Source: Trueperaceae bacterium
Lineage (GTDB): Bacteria; Deinococcota; Deinococci; Deinococcales; Trueperaceae
Assembly: GCA_965214405.1 (NCBI GenBank)
Contig: OZ243956.1
Span: 960,001 to 1,024,000, forward strand
Direction: 5' to 3'
DNA: 64,000 nucleotides
Under the pieces are notes generated by a model. That model saw only the letters and a program-made list of their open reading frames with translations, did no database searches and was not told where the DNA came from. Of the stretch, positions 19,023 through 27,628 are shown piece by piece; within the stretch, counting starts at the first letter, position 1; each line of letters opens with the position of its first letter. Both the position numbers and the translations under genes were made by a program.

Positions 19023-19679
19023 TCACCTCGGCTTGACCACCACGCGGCGCTCACGGCCCTCGCCCGAGGACTCGCTCCTGACCGAGGGGTCGTCGGCCAA
19101 CGCCATGTGGATGACGCGGCGCTCGGCGGCGCTCATGGGCTCCAACTCGACCTCGACACCCGAGCTGCGCACCCGGTCCGCCGCCTTATGCGCGCTCTCG
19201 CGCAGGCGGTCGTCGCGGCGGCGCTTGTAGCCGCCCACGTCGATATTGACGCGCACCGACGCGTCGCCCCGATTGCTCACCGTGTTGATAACCGTGTTGG
19301 TCACGTACTCGAGCGCACTTAAGGTCCGCCCGCCCCGGCCGATAATCTTGCCGGGATCGCCGCCAAAAATGTCGGCATTGATTTCGCGCTCGCCCGCCTC
19401 GTCCGACCACCTCAGCTCGACCGCGTAGGCGGGGTCAAAGTTGAGGAGCAGGTTGACCAAAAAGGACTCGAGCCGCTCGTCTACGCTCCCCTGCGCGGGT
19501 TCGGGCACCGGCAGGGAGGGCTCGAGCTGCAAATCCTCGCCCGCCCCACGTGGCGTAGCCTCGTCCTCGCTGCTCGCCCTCTCACGACGCTCGCTCGGCA
19601 GCGCGTCTTCAAAAGAAGGTTCTTCCTCGTCCGTGCTGATGCCGATGTTCTCGAGGTACTTGTCTAAATCGTCAGCCAT
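19023..19679 (-). CDS. khpB: KhpB/Jag (KH plus R3H) RNA-binding protein
   Basis: KH motif GKIIGRGGRTL and R3H motif ERRVIH...SSGEG; lies downstream of yidC. Confidence 0.9.
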   Translation of the reverse strand: MADDLDKYLENIGISTDEEEPSFEDALPSERRERASSEDEATPRGAGEDLQLEPSLPVPEPAQGSVDERLESFLVNLLLNFDPAYAVELRWSDEAGEREINADIFGGDPGKIIGRGGRTLSALEYVTNTVINTVSNRGDASVRVNIDVGGYKRRRDDRLRESAHKAADRVRSSGVEVELEPMSAAERRVIHMALADDPSVRSESSGEGRERRVVVKPR

Positions 19680-19775
19680 AGGGTCCCTTTGCTCAAAGTG
19701 TAGGGGATACTATCACACTTCGGGCGGCGGGAAACCTGCCGAAAGGAAAAAGGCGGGCTTCCATCATGAGCACCG

Positions 19776-21380
19776 TTAGGCCGCTTTAACGGGCGCGGGC
19801 GCTTGGCGGTTGATGAGGTAATACTGAAACACCTGAACCGACATCGACACAACCCAATAGAGCGTCACACCTGCGGGAAAGTTGATCACGAAAAAGATGA
19901 ACACGACGTTGATAAGAAGCTGCTGGCGCAGGCTCTGGGGATTGCCCCGCGTCATGAAGTAGGACTGACCGATCATCACGCCCACGTACAAAATCGGCAG
20001 GATGTAATAGGGATCGGCTAAACCTAAGTCGGGGATCCAGAGAAAGCCCTCGGCAAAGTTGAAGTTGGAAAACACGCGCCAGAGGATGATAAAGAGGGGC
20101 ATCTGTAAAAGAATAGGCAAGCAGCCGCCCGCCGGGTTGACGCCCGCCTCCTGGTAGAGCTTCATCGTTTCCTGGGTGAGCTTCTCGCGGTCGTTTTTGT
20201 GCTTTTTTTGCAGCGCCTGGATTTTGGGCTGCAACTCCTGCATCCCCTTCATCGAGCGCGTTTGGGTGGCAATCAAGGGCCAAACGAGCACGCGGAAAAT
20301 GAGCGTCAAGACGATGATGGAAAGCCCCCACGAGCCCACCACGTCGTGAATCGCGGCGAGCACCGCCAATACCCCGAGCGACACGCGGCCCAGGATGTTG
20401 GGCCTGAAAAGCCCCGGCAACTGCTGATAGCCCTCCTGATAGAAGCGGACGAGCTCGTTGGGGCCGCCGTAGACTTCTACGTCAAAAGAGACTTCCGGTT
20501 TAGCGGGGGTAGTGGCGTCAGTGGGGGTGGCGGGTAGCGTTTTCTCGAGCGCAATCACCCGAGTCGAGAGCCTGAGCGCCTCCAACGCGTCCGTCTGCGC
20601 GATGGGCTTTACGACCAGCGCGACGCCCGTGTTGCGGTTGTTGTTTTGCAACGACACGTAGCGCGGGGCCGCGATGGGCTGCGCACCCGGGTCGAGCGTA
20701 AACGACTCGCCGTGCCCCACCTTGACGACCGGCGTTTCTTGATTGGCGATGCCGGGGAAAGCGAGCTGCACAACCGTCGGCTCCCCTGTCGTCGGCTCTG
20801 TTGTGGCCTCAGATGTGGCCTCAGATGTGGCTTCAGGAACGGCCCCACCAGCCTCACCCACAGGCGTCACGGTGAGAGACACCTCGAAGGTCTGCGCCAC
20901 GTGACTGACGACAACCCTTTTGTCTACGTTGTAACGTCCCGCCGTGTAGGAAAACGTGCCCTCGAGGGTGTCGGCGTCGACGCGCTGCCAGGCACCCTGG
21001 ACGTTTCGGGGCAAAAAGTAGCTGCCGTTGATGAGCACCGCCCCAGCGGGCACCGACGCGCTCAGCGGGACAAGGTTCTGGCCCGCGCCCAGCGAATAGT
21101 TACCGCCTAAGTCGCGCCCCGTTTGCGGTTTGCTAAAGAGCGCCACGAGTTCGCCCGCCGAGTCGAAAAAATAGTCCGCGCCTTTGGTGGTGATGAGGCT
21201 CAGCTCGGCGTCTTGCTGGGAGCACCAAAAGCTTTCTGCGCCCGCGGCGGCGCAGGTCGCGGTAAGGTCCGACGCGTCACGAAAGGTGGTGGCGCTAAAG
21301 GGCGTGAGGTCGAATTCGACCCTGGCGGACGAGAAAGATAAGAGAGAGAAAAGGGCAAAAAGAAATAGCGTGCGTTTCAA
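19776..21380 (-). CDS. yidC: Membrane protein insertase YidC
   Basis: [37 protein letters not shown] and LYWVVS. Confidence 0.95.
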   Translation of the reverse strand: MKRTLFLFALFSLLSFSSARVEFDLTPFSATTFRDASDLTATCAAAGAESFWCSQQDAELSLITTKGADYFFDSAGELVALFSKPQTGRDLGGNYSLGAGQNLVPLSASVPAGAVLINGSYFLPRNVQGAWQRVDADTLEGTFSYTAGRYNVDKRVVVSHVAQTFEVSLTVTPVGEAGGAVPEATSEATSEATTEPTTGEPTVVQLAFPGIANQETPVVKVGHGESFTLDPGAQPIAAPRYVSLQNNNRNTGVALVVKPIAQTDALEALRLSTRVIALEKTLPATPTDATTPAKPEVSFDVEVYGGPNELVRFYQEGYQQLPGLFRPNILGRVSLGVLAVLAAIHDVVGSWGLSIIVLTLIFRVLVWPLIATQTRSMKGMQELQPKIQALQKKHKNDREKLTQETMKLYQEAGVNPAGGCLPILLQMPLFIILWRVFSNFNFAEGFLWIPDLGLADPYYILPILYVGVMIGQSYFMTRGNPQSLRQQLLINVVFIFFVINFPAGVTLYWVVSMSVQVFQYYLINRQAPAPVKAA

Positions 21381-21694
21381 GGTTCCTCCGTGCGTTCGGG
21401 AACGGGGTCAAAGCCGCCGGGGTGAAAAGGGTGACACTTGAGCAGTCGCTTAGAGGCCAAAGTGAAGCCCTTGAGAACGCCGAAGCGCAAAACGGCTTCT
21501 TCGGCGTAAGCGCTGCAGGACGGGCTAAAGCGGCAGCTCGGCTGCGCCTTGAGGGGCGACAGGAAGCGCCTGTAAAAACGAACGGGCGCGAGCGCGAGCG
21601 TTTTTGTCAGGCCGGTCTGTGCCCATTCCACCTTCTGTATATTGGGCTTGGTTTGCACCGCGTCCCTCACGTTCGCTCGCTCTCGCCCTACCAT
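21377..21694 (-). CDS. yidD: Membrane protein insertion efficiency factor YidD
   Basis: [20 protein letters not shown] and [14 protein letters not shown]. Start is uncertain. Confidence 0.9.
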   Translation of the reverse strand: MVGRERANVRDAVQTKPNIQKVEWAQTGLTKTLALAPVRFYRRFLSPLKAQPSCRFSPSCSAYAEEAVLRFGVLKGFTLASKRLLKCHPFHPGGFDPVPERTEEP

Positions 21695-21701
21695 GTCCCC
21701 T

Positions 21702-22064
21702 TCAACATAACACCCCGCTCTTACGGAGCGCGTAAGCGAGCGCGTGCTCGAGCCCCCCATAACTCGCCTCGGCGGCCTCGGGTCTGGCAATGATGAGCAG
21801 GTCGAAAGAGGCCACGCCGCCCCGTCGCGCTTCGCGCTTTAGGCTCGAGGCGCGCAGAATACGCAAGAGCGCCTCTCTAAGCCGCCGCCTCACCCTGTTT
21901 CTCACGACCGCCTTGCCCACCTTTTTGCTCACCACCACGCCGACGCGCACCCGTCCCTCCTGCGTCGGTCGCCAGCGGAGGCTCAACAATTTGGTGTTAC
22001 CGGAGCGTCCCTTACGCATCCGCTGGAACGCGCGGTCGCCTTTGAGCGACACCGGGGTTAGCAT
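21702..22064 (-). CDS. rnpA: Ribonuclease P protein
   Basis: RNR motif [20 protein letters not shown]. Confidence 0.95.
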   Translation of the reverse strand: MLTPVSLKGDRAFQRMRKGRSGNTKLLSLRWRPTQEGRVRVGVVVSKKVGKAVVRNRVRRRLREALLRILRASSLKREARRGGVASFDLLIIARPEAAEASYGGLEHALAYALRKSGVLC

Positions 22065-22143
22065 GAGCGGGCGTGCAGGAGGAGTGGGGGCAGTTGTGAG
22101 CTCACGGTAGACTCAGTGAATCCTGCGTTGCAGGCTGCAAACT

Positions 22144-22287
22144 CTACTCGTCGGAGACGGACAAGCGTTTGCGACCCCGCGCGCGGCGGCGTTTGATAAC
22201 GTTGCGACCGGCAGACGTTTTCATGCGGGCGCGAAAGCCGTGCGTCTTGGCGCGCTTGCGCTTGTTGGGTTGATAGGTGCGTTTCAT
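22144..22287 (-). CDS. rpmH: 50S ribosomal protein L34 (absent from the ORF track)
   Basis: Manual translation [56 protein letters not shown]. Confidence 0.97.
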   Translation of the reverse strand: MKRTYQPNKRKRAKTHGFRARMKTSAGRNVIKRRRARGRKRLSVSDE

Positions 22288-22523
22288 ATCTTACTCCTTA
22301 TGGTTTTGAGATGACCGGCCCCACACGAACCACCCACACTCCGGTAACGGACCGCGGGATGAAAAAGGGCGGAAGAATATATCAAGTTGCTTACAGCGGA
22401 AGCCGCCTAAACAAACCGTACGAGCTTACCACAAATCGTCGCGCTTCTGTCGGACGCGCTTTACAGCTCGAGAAGACGTCCGCGCAAACCAAACGAGGGT
22501 CGAACGTGCGTCTCCTCAAACCG

Positions 22524-23999
22524 CTAGAACGGGGCGAGGGGTGCGAAGGCGTCGCCTGCGGCCTGCTCGAGCCCGCCCACCAAGCGCAGCAAGCGCGCGT
22601 CTTCTAACGCGGGCGCAAAAAACTGCACGCCGCAAGGCAAGCCCGCGTCGTCCGTCCCGGCGGGCACGCTGAGAGCGGGGATGCCCACCAGGTTGGCCGA
22701 GACCGTGTCAACGTCGTTCAAATACATCGCCAGCGGGTCGGTTGTTTCGCCCAGCCCGAAGGCCGTGGTCGGCGTGGTGGGTGACATGAGCAGGTCGAAT
22801 CTCTTAAAAGCGCGGCTAAAGTCGTCCGCGATGAGGCGGCGCACCCGGAGCGCCTTGCCGTAGTAGGCGTCGTAGTAGCCCGCCGAGAGCGCGTAGGTGC
22901 CCATCAGGATGCGGCGGCGCACCTCGGGACCCAGCGTGGCCCCGCGGCTCCGCCGCATCACCTCGGCCTGCCCCAGCGCGTCGTCGCCCACGCGGGCGCT
23001 GTAGGTCATCCCGTCGTAACGCGCTAGGTTGGCGCTCGCCTCGGCGGGCGCGACGAGGTAATAGGTCGGCACCGCGTAAGACACGTGCGGGAGCGACGCC
23101 TCGCCCAAACGCGCGCCCAGCGCTCTCAGCCGCTCCTGCATCCCAATGAGCGCCGCCCGAACGCCCGCGCTGTTGCCCTCGCCGGAGAGTTCGGTGATGA
23201 GGCCGATGCGGAGGCCCTCGAGCCCCTCTGCCCCAGACGCCGACTTCAAGGGATAAGCAGGCGCGTCCTCCCCATCTTCCAAACTTGTTGCGTCTTTCGG
23301 GTCATGACCACCCATCGCCGCCATCATCAGCGCCAAATCCTTTGCGCTCCGGCAGAGCACCCCGACCTGGTCGAGCGAACTCGCAAAGGCCACCACGCCG
23401 TAACGCGACAAACGGCCATAGGTCGGCTTAAACCCGACTAAACCGCAAAAACTCGCCGGTTGCCGCACCGAGCCGCCCGTGTCGGTGCCTATGGCGACGG
23501 GCGCGACCCCCGCCGCCACCGCCGCCGCCGACCCGCCCGACGAGCCCCCCGGCACCCGCGCCGTGTCCCAAGGATTTTTAACCGGCCCAAACGCGGAATG
23601 TTCATTGGACGAGCCCATCCCGAACTCGTCTAAATTGGCCTTGGCGATGACCACCGCCCCCGCCGCAGAAAGCCGCTCGACCACCGTGGCGCTGTAAGGC
23701 GGCACGAAATGCTCTAAACTTCTCGAGCCCGCGGTGGTGCGAATCCCCTTGGTGAGAATGTTGTCTTTGACGACCACGGGCACGCCCGCCAAAGGCCCCA
23801 CGTCCTCGCCCGCCGAGAGTGCCGCGTCGAGCGAACGGGCGCGCTCAACAGCCTCCTCCCCCGCGACCGTCACAAACGCGTTGAGCGGCCCCACTTCTTC
23901 CGCCCGCGCTAACGCAGCCCGCACCACCTCTTCCGCGCTCACCCGGCGGGCTCTTACATCGTCGGCTATTTCGTGCGCGAACTTGTCCACAAACGCCAT
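22524..23999 (-). CDS. gatA: Asp/Glu-tRNA amidotransferase subunit A
   Basis: VKDNI, GGSSGGS, GTDTGGSVRQPA, SANLARYDG and RRILMGTYALSAGYYDAYY. Confidence 0.95.
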   Translation of the reverse strand: MAFVDKFAHEIADDVRARRVSAEEVVRAALARAEEVGPLNAFVTVAGEEAVERARSLDAALSAGEDVGPLAGVPVVVKDNILTKGIRTTAGSRSLEHFVPPYSATVVERLSAAGAVVIAKANLDEFGMGSSNEHSAFGPVKNPWDTARVPGGSSGGSAAAVAAGVAPVAIGTDTGGSVRQPASFCGLVGFKPTYGRLSRYGVVAFASSLDQVGVLCRSAKDLALMMAAMGGHDPKDATSLEDGEDAPAYPLKSASGAEGLEGLRIGLITELSGEGNSAGVRAALIGMQERLRALGARLGEASLPHVSYAVPTYYLVAPAEASANLARYDGMTYSARVGDDALGQAEVMRRSRGATLGPEVRRRILMGTYALSAGYYDAYYGKALRVRRLIADDFSRAFKRFDLLMSPTTPTTAFGLGETTDPLAMYLNDVDTVSANLVGIPALSVPAGTDDAGLPCGVQFFAPALEDARLLRLVGGLEQAAGDAFAPLAPF

Positions 24000-24459
24000 A
24001 GTCGAAGCATACCGCACGGGCTTAGAGGGGCAACGCCGAAGTTTGGTTGGGGTTCAGCTCAGAAGAGGATAAACAACCTGGAGAGGGAACAAAAAACCAA
24101 AAAGAAACCCTCTTCGCCTTTTTCTCGCTCCGTCGGTTCCTCTAAAAAAGAAAGATACACGCTCGAGCCTAACAGTGGCAAAGAGGGATTCGCTGTGAAA
24201 CATCCGTGTCCGCGTCTATATAAACCTCCCTTACTGAACTTAAGAGAAATTGTAGGAGATTTTTAGCGCCAGCACAAGGATGTATATCCTGGCTGTAAGG
24301 TGCATAAAACGTTAAGCTGTAAAGTTGGGGCAAAAGCTGGGTAGCGACGGCACGGGAAGTTGAAAAACGTGACGAGGCTCGAGCGCCCGCCTCACTCCCT
24401 CTTTACCTGTTGGCGTTTTCTGGAGTCCAGCGGCAAAAATCAGATGAGTCTCAAATTTA

Positions 24460-24783
24460 TTAAGCTTCTGCAAGCGCGTTCAGATTCTTCCGCGCCCAGC
24501 CGTCAATCGCGTCGATCACGCCCTGAAGCTCGACCCCCGACGCGGTGAGCGCGTACGTCGTGCGGGGCGGCATCACCGAGAGAACCGTTTTGCTGACCAA
24601 ACCGAGGCTTTCTAGGCGCTCGAGCCGCTGCGCCAGCGTGGTCGGGTTGCAGCCCCCGACGGCGCGGGAGAGTTCGTTAAAGCCCGACGGCCCCCCCAGG
24701 AGCGTGCGGACGATGTGGAGCGTCCACTTCTCCTGAAGCACGTTGATGGCTTCGTAAACGGGGCAAAAGGTGTGCTCGGGCAT
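24460..24783 (-). CDS. HxlR-family winged-helix regulator
   Basis: [25 protein letters not shown] and [15 protein letters not shown] lies 7 nt before the ATG. Confidence 0.9.
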   Translation of the reverse strand: MPEHTFCPVYEAINVLQEKWTLHIVRTLLGGPSGFNELSRAVGGCNPTTLAQRLERLESLGLVSKTVLSVMPPRTTYALTASGVELQGVIDAIDGWARKNLNALAEA

Positions 24784-25156
24784 TGGGGAGAGTGTAGCAC
24801 GCGCGGTGCTGTGGGTTGGTATGGGCGGAGAAGAAAAAGTGGTGAGTGGAAGGTGGGGAGTGAAAGTTTGAGAGCTTATGCTCCTTGATTTCTCTCTGCT
24901 TTGGCTCATACGCAAGTTGGTAACCAGTCGGTAACCAGTTGATAACCTATGTACAACGCGCTGGGGACGCTTTGGAAAGACGTTTTGCTCACCCTCTCCT
25001 CCGTAACACCTCGCCACCTCTCATCCGAATCCTTGGTATAACGTCCTAGACCGTGATGTTACTTCTCTTTTATTTGCCACTTATCTTGCAACGCCGCCCC
25101 TTCAGCTTTCGCCCGCTCGGTGCCTGACGTGTTGATATCCGGCGGGGACGGTTAAC

Positions 25157-26017
25157 GTGTACGCACTTCAACAAGCGCTGCGCGCGATTCGAAAAAACTG
25201 GATTGCCAGCGTCTCGACGATTACCACCATGACGCTGTCGCTCACCGTCTTGGCGGGCTTTAGCCTCTTAAGCCTCAACCTCAACCAGGTGTTGGCGAGT
25301 TTGCAAGGGGAGTTGGAGATGTCCGCTTACCTCGGCCCCGACGCCAACGCGCCGCTGCTGTTACGCACCGTGGACGCGTGGCCGGAGGTCGCGCGCGTGG
25401 ACCTCGTGTCGCCCGAGGAGGCGCTGCAACTCGTGGTGACCGATTTGCCCGCGCTCAAGGAGGCGGCGGCGCTCGTGGACAACCCGCTACCCGAGACTTT
25501 GGAACTGCGGCTTACGGACCCCGCGCTTACCCCCGCGGTCGCGGCGCGGCTGCAAGCGATGCCCGGCGTCGAGAGCGTCGAGGACAGCCAGGACACCGTG
25601 GCGACCTTTTTGGCTTTTTCCGAGGCCTTGCGCGTGGGCGGGAGCATCCTGATTGTGATCCTGCTCTCGAGCGCGCTCTTCGCCATCGTCAACGCGATTC
25701 GCGCCGCGATTACCGCGCGCCGCGACGAAATCGAGGTGATGCGTTTGGTGGGCGCAACAAAAAGCTTTATCCGCGCGCCCTTCCTTATCGAAGGATTTAT
25801 TTTGGGGCTCTTGAGCGCCGTCGTGACGCTCGCGCTGGTGGTGCCCGGCTACTGGTTTATCGTCACGCGCCTCTCTGAAGGCTTCCGGTTCGTGCCCTTC
25901 GTGCGCGACCCGCAGCTCTTGGGCGAGGTCGTGGTGCTCTTGCTCGCGCTCTCCCTCGCGGTGGGGCTTATCGGCTCCGCCATCTCGGTGTCGCAGTACC
26001 TGCGGGAGGAAATGTGA
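25157..26017 (+). CDS. ftsX: Cell division permease FtsX
   Basis: Four TM segments, NPLP loop and ARRDEIEVMRLVGATKSFIRAPFLIEG. Confidence 0.92.
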   Translation: MYALQQALRAIRKNWIASVSTITTMTLSLTVLAGFSLLSLNLNQVLASLQGELEMSAYLGPDANAPLLLRTVDAWPEVARVDLVSPEEALQLVVTDLPALKEAAALVDNPLPETLELRLTDPALTPAVAARLQAMPGVESVEDSQDTVATFLAFSEALRVGGSILIVILLSSALFAIVNAIRAAITARRDEIEVMRLVGATKSFIRAPFLIEGFILGLLSAVVTLALVVPGYWFIVTRLSEGFRFVPFVRDPQLLGEVVVLLLALSLAVGLIGSAISVSQYLREEM

Positions 26018-27465
26018 AGTGCGCCAGAAGCGTCTTTTGTGTGGTCGCGGCGGCGCTACTGCTAACGGGGCCTGTAATGTTTTCTTCTATAGCCCCTTTC
26101 TCAGTCGCTCGAGCCCAAGAGAGCGAGACCACGCGCCAGTTAGACGCGGACGCGGCGCACTACCGTGAGCTTTTGGAGGCGCAGCGGGCGGAGCAGGCGC
26201 GCTTAGAGGCGTTTTTGGGCGAGCTTTCCGGAGAACTCGAGGCGCGGTTTGCGGAACGCGACCAGGCGGGGCAAGACCTGCTGGCGTTGCGCGGCGAGCG
26301 TGAGACGGTGCGGGGTAATATTGCCGCGTTAGAGGCGGAACTGTTTGATAAGCGCGCGCAGGTAGAAGCGTTGAGCACTCAGCAGGCCGCGCTTCAAACG
26401 AGGGTCCAGGCGCTCCTGGTCAGTCTCTACAAGGGCCGGGCCAACCGTTTTGCGGGGGCGCTTTTTCGTACGGAGTCGTTTCACGATCTCGAGGTGAGAA
26501 ACCATTATCTTTCGCTCCTCAGCGACCAGGACGCGGCGCTCCTTGAGGACCTGAGCGCTTCGGTGGCGGCTTTAGAAACCGCCCAAAACGACCTCACCGC
26601 GAAACTCGACGACCTGAACGCGCAAGAGGCGGCGCTGCTCGAGACCGAAACCCAACTCACCGCCAAACGCGCCGAGTTGGAGGGCGTGGTGGCAGCTTTA
26701 GAAGAGAACCGCGAGGGTCAGCAGGCGCTTCGCTTGGAGAATTTGAGAGAGCAAGAGAGCCTCGACAGCAGCATCACCGCGGCCTTGGCGAGGCGTGACG
26801 AAGAGGTGAACCGGCTCGTCAGAGAGGAAGAGGCGCGCAAGGCGCGCGCCGTGGAGGAGGCGCGGCGGCAGCAAGAGGAGGCGGAGCGGCGGGCTGAAGA
26901 GGCTGCCAGAGCCGCCGAGGCCGCCGCCGCTGAAGCCAGGGCCGCCGCCGAGGCCGAAGCGAGGGAGGCCGAAGAGGCCGCCGAAGCCGCCAGGGCCGCC
27001 GCCCGCGCCGCGGAAGAGGCATCTGTAGAAACACCCGCCAGCACTGCCCGCGCCCCCGACACCTCCTCAGCGCCCGAGGGCGAGGCCGTCTCCCCTTTTC
27101 CCAACCCCCGCTTATTAAACCGCTACGGCGAAGCGGGGGGAACGTCGGTCACGCTGCAAGCCGAGCAGGACGGGGCGGCAGTCCAAGCGGTACTTCCGGG
27201 CGAGGTGGTGACGTCACAGTTTTTTTCGGCCAACTCGGGTTACATGGTCATGATTGAACACGGCCCCGACCTTTTCACCGTCTATAAAAACCTGCAAACC
27301 CCCCTCGTCAAGGTGGGCGATCAGGTCGAGCGAGAACAGGTCATCGGCTACTTGGGCGGCGGCACACTTGCGCGGCCTGACACGCTCGAGTTCCTCGTCG
27401 GCGTGCCCCACGGCAACGGCTCTTTTAATTGGATAGACCCCGCCCCGCTCCTGGGATTTCGCTAG
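26014..27465 (+). CDS. EnvC-like coiled-coil protein with a degenerate M23/LytM domain
   Basis: Signal peptide, long coiled coil, Ala/Glu-rich linker and an M23-like C-terminus (GYMVMIEH...VKVGDQV...IGYLG). Coupled to ftsX. Confidence 0.82.
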   Translation: MKCARSVFCVVAAALLLTGPVMFSSIAPFSVARAQESETTRQLDADAAHYRELLEAQRAEQARLEAFLGELSGELEARFAERDQAGQDLLALRGERETVRGNIAALEAELFDKRAQVEALSTQQAALQTRVQALLVSLYKGRANRFAGALFRTESFHDLEVRNHYLSLLSDQDAALLEDLSASVAALETAQNDLTAKLDDLNAQEAALLETETQLTAKRAELEGVVAALEENREGQQALRLENLREQESLDSSITAALARRDEEVNRLVREEEARKARAVEEARRQQEEAERRAEEAARAAEAAAAEARAAAEAEAREAEEAAEAARAAARAAEEASVETPASTARAPDTSSAPEGEAVSPFPNPRLLNRYGEAGGTSVTLQAEQDGAAVQAVLPGEVVTSQFFSANSGYMVMIEHGPDLFTVYKNLQTPLVKVGDQVEREQVIGYLGGGTLARPDTLEFLVGVPHGNGSFNWIDPAPLLGFR

Positions 27466-27628
27466 GGGGCTCGAGTGTCTTCTCAGAGGTACGCGACGTT
27501 TTTGGGTACCCGCGAGACGTATAGTATTGCCTTGCGCCTCACCAGCTATCACATTACACTGACACTCGAGGCTTACACTAACGTCGCGTCGGACCCCTTA
27601 TGCCGAGACTACCCGCCCCTATGAAACC

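Noticed and set aside
22288..22523. oriC upstream of rpmH
   Set aside because: No dnaA or dnaN and no cluster of consensus DnaA boxes; gatA is the neighbouring gene.
24054..24203. About 49-codon minus-strand ORF (MFHSESLF...)
   Set aside because: The GGGAGG is too far from the ATG, the sequence is low complexity and nothing in it is recognisable.
24784..25017. Extended N-terminus of the HxlR-like ORF
   Set aside because: It translates repeats and promoter DNA; the family begins near FCPV, and a -10 box precedes ATG 24783.
26820..27020. Ala/Glu/Arg-rich repetitive DNA as a repeat element
   Set aside because: It is explained by the helical linker of the EnvC-like protein.
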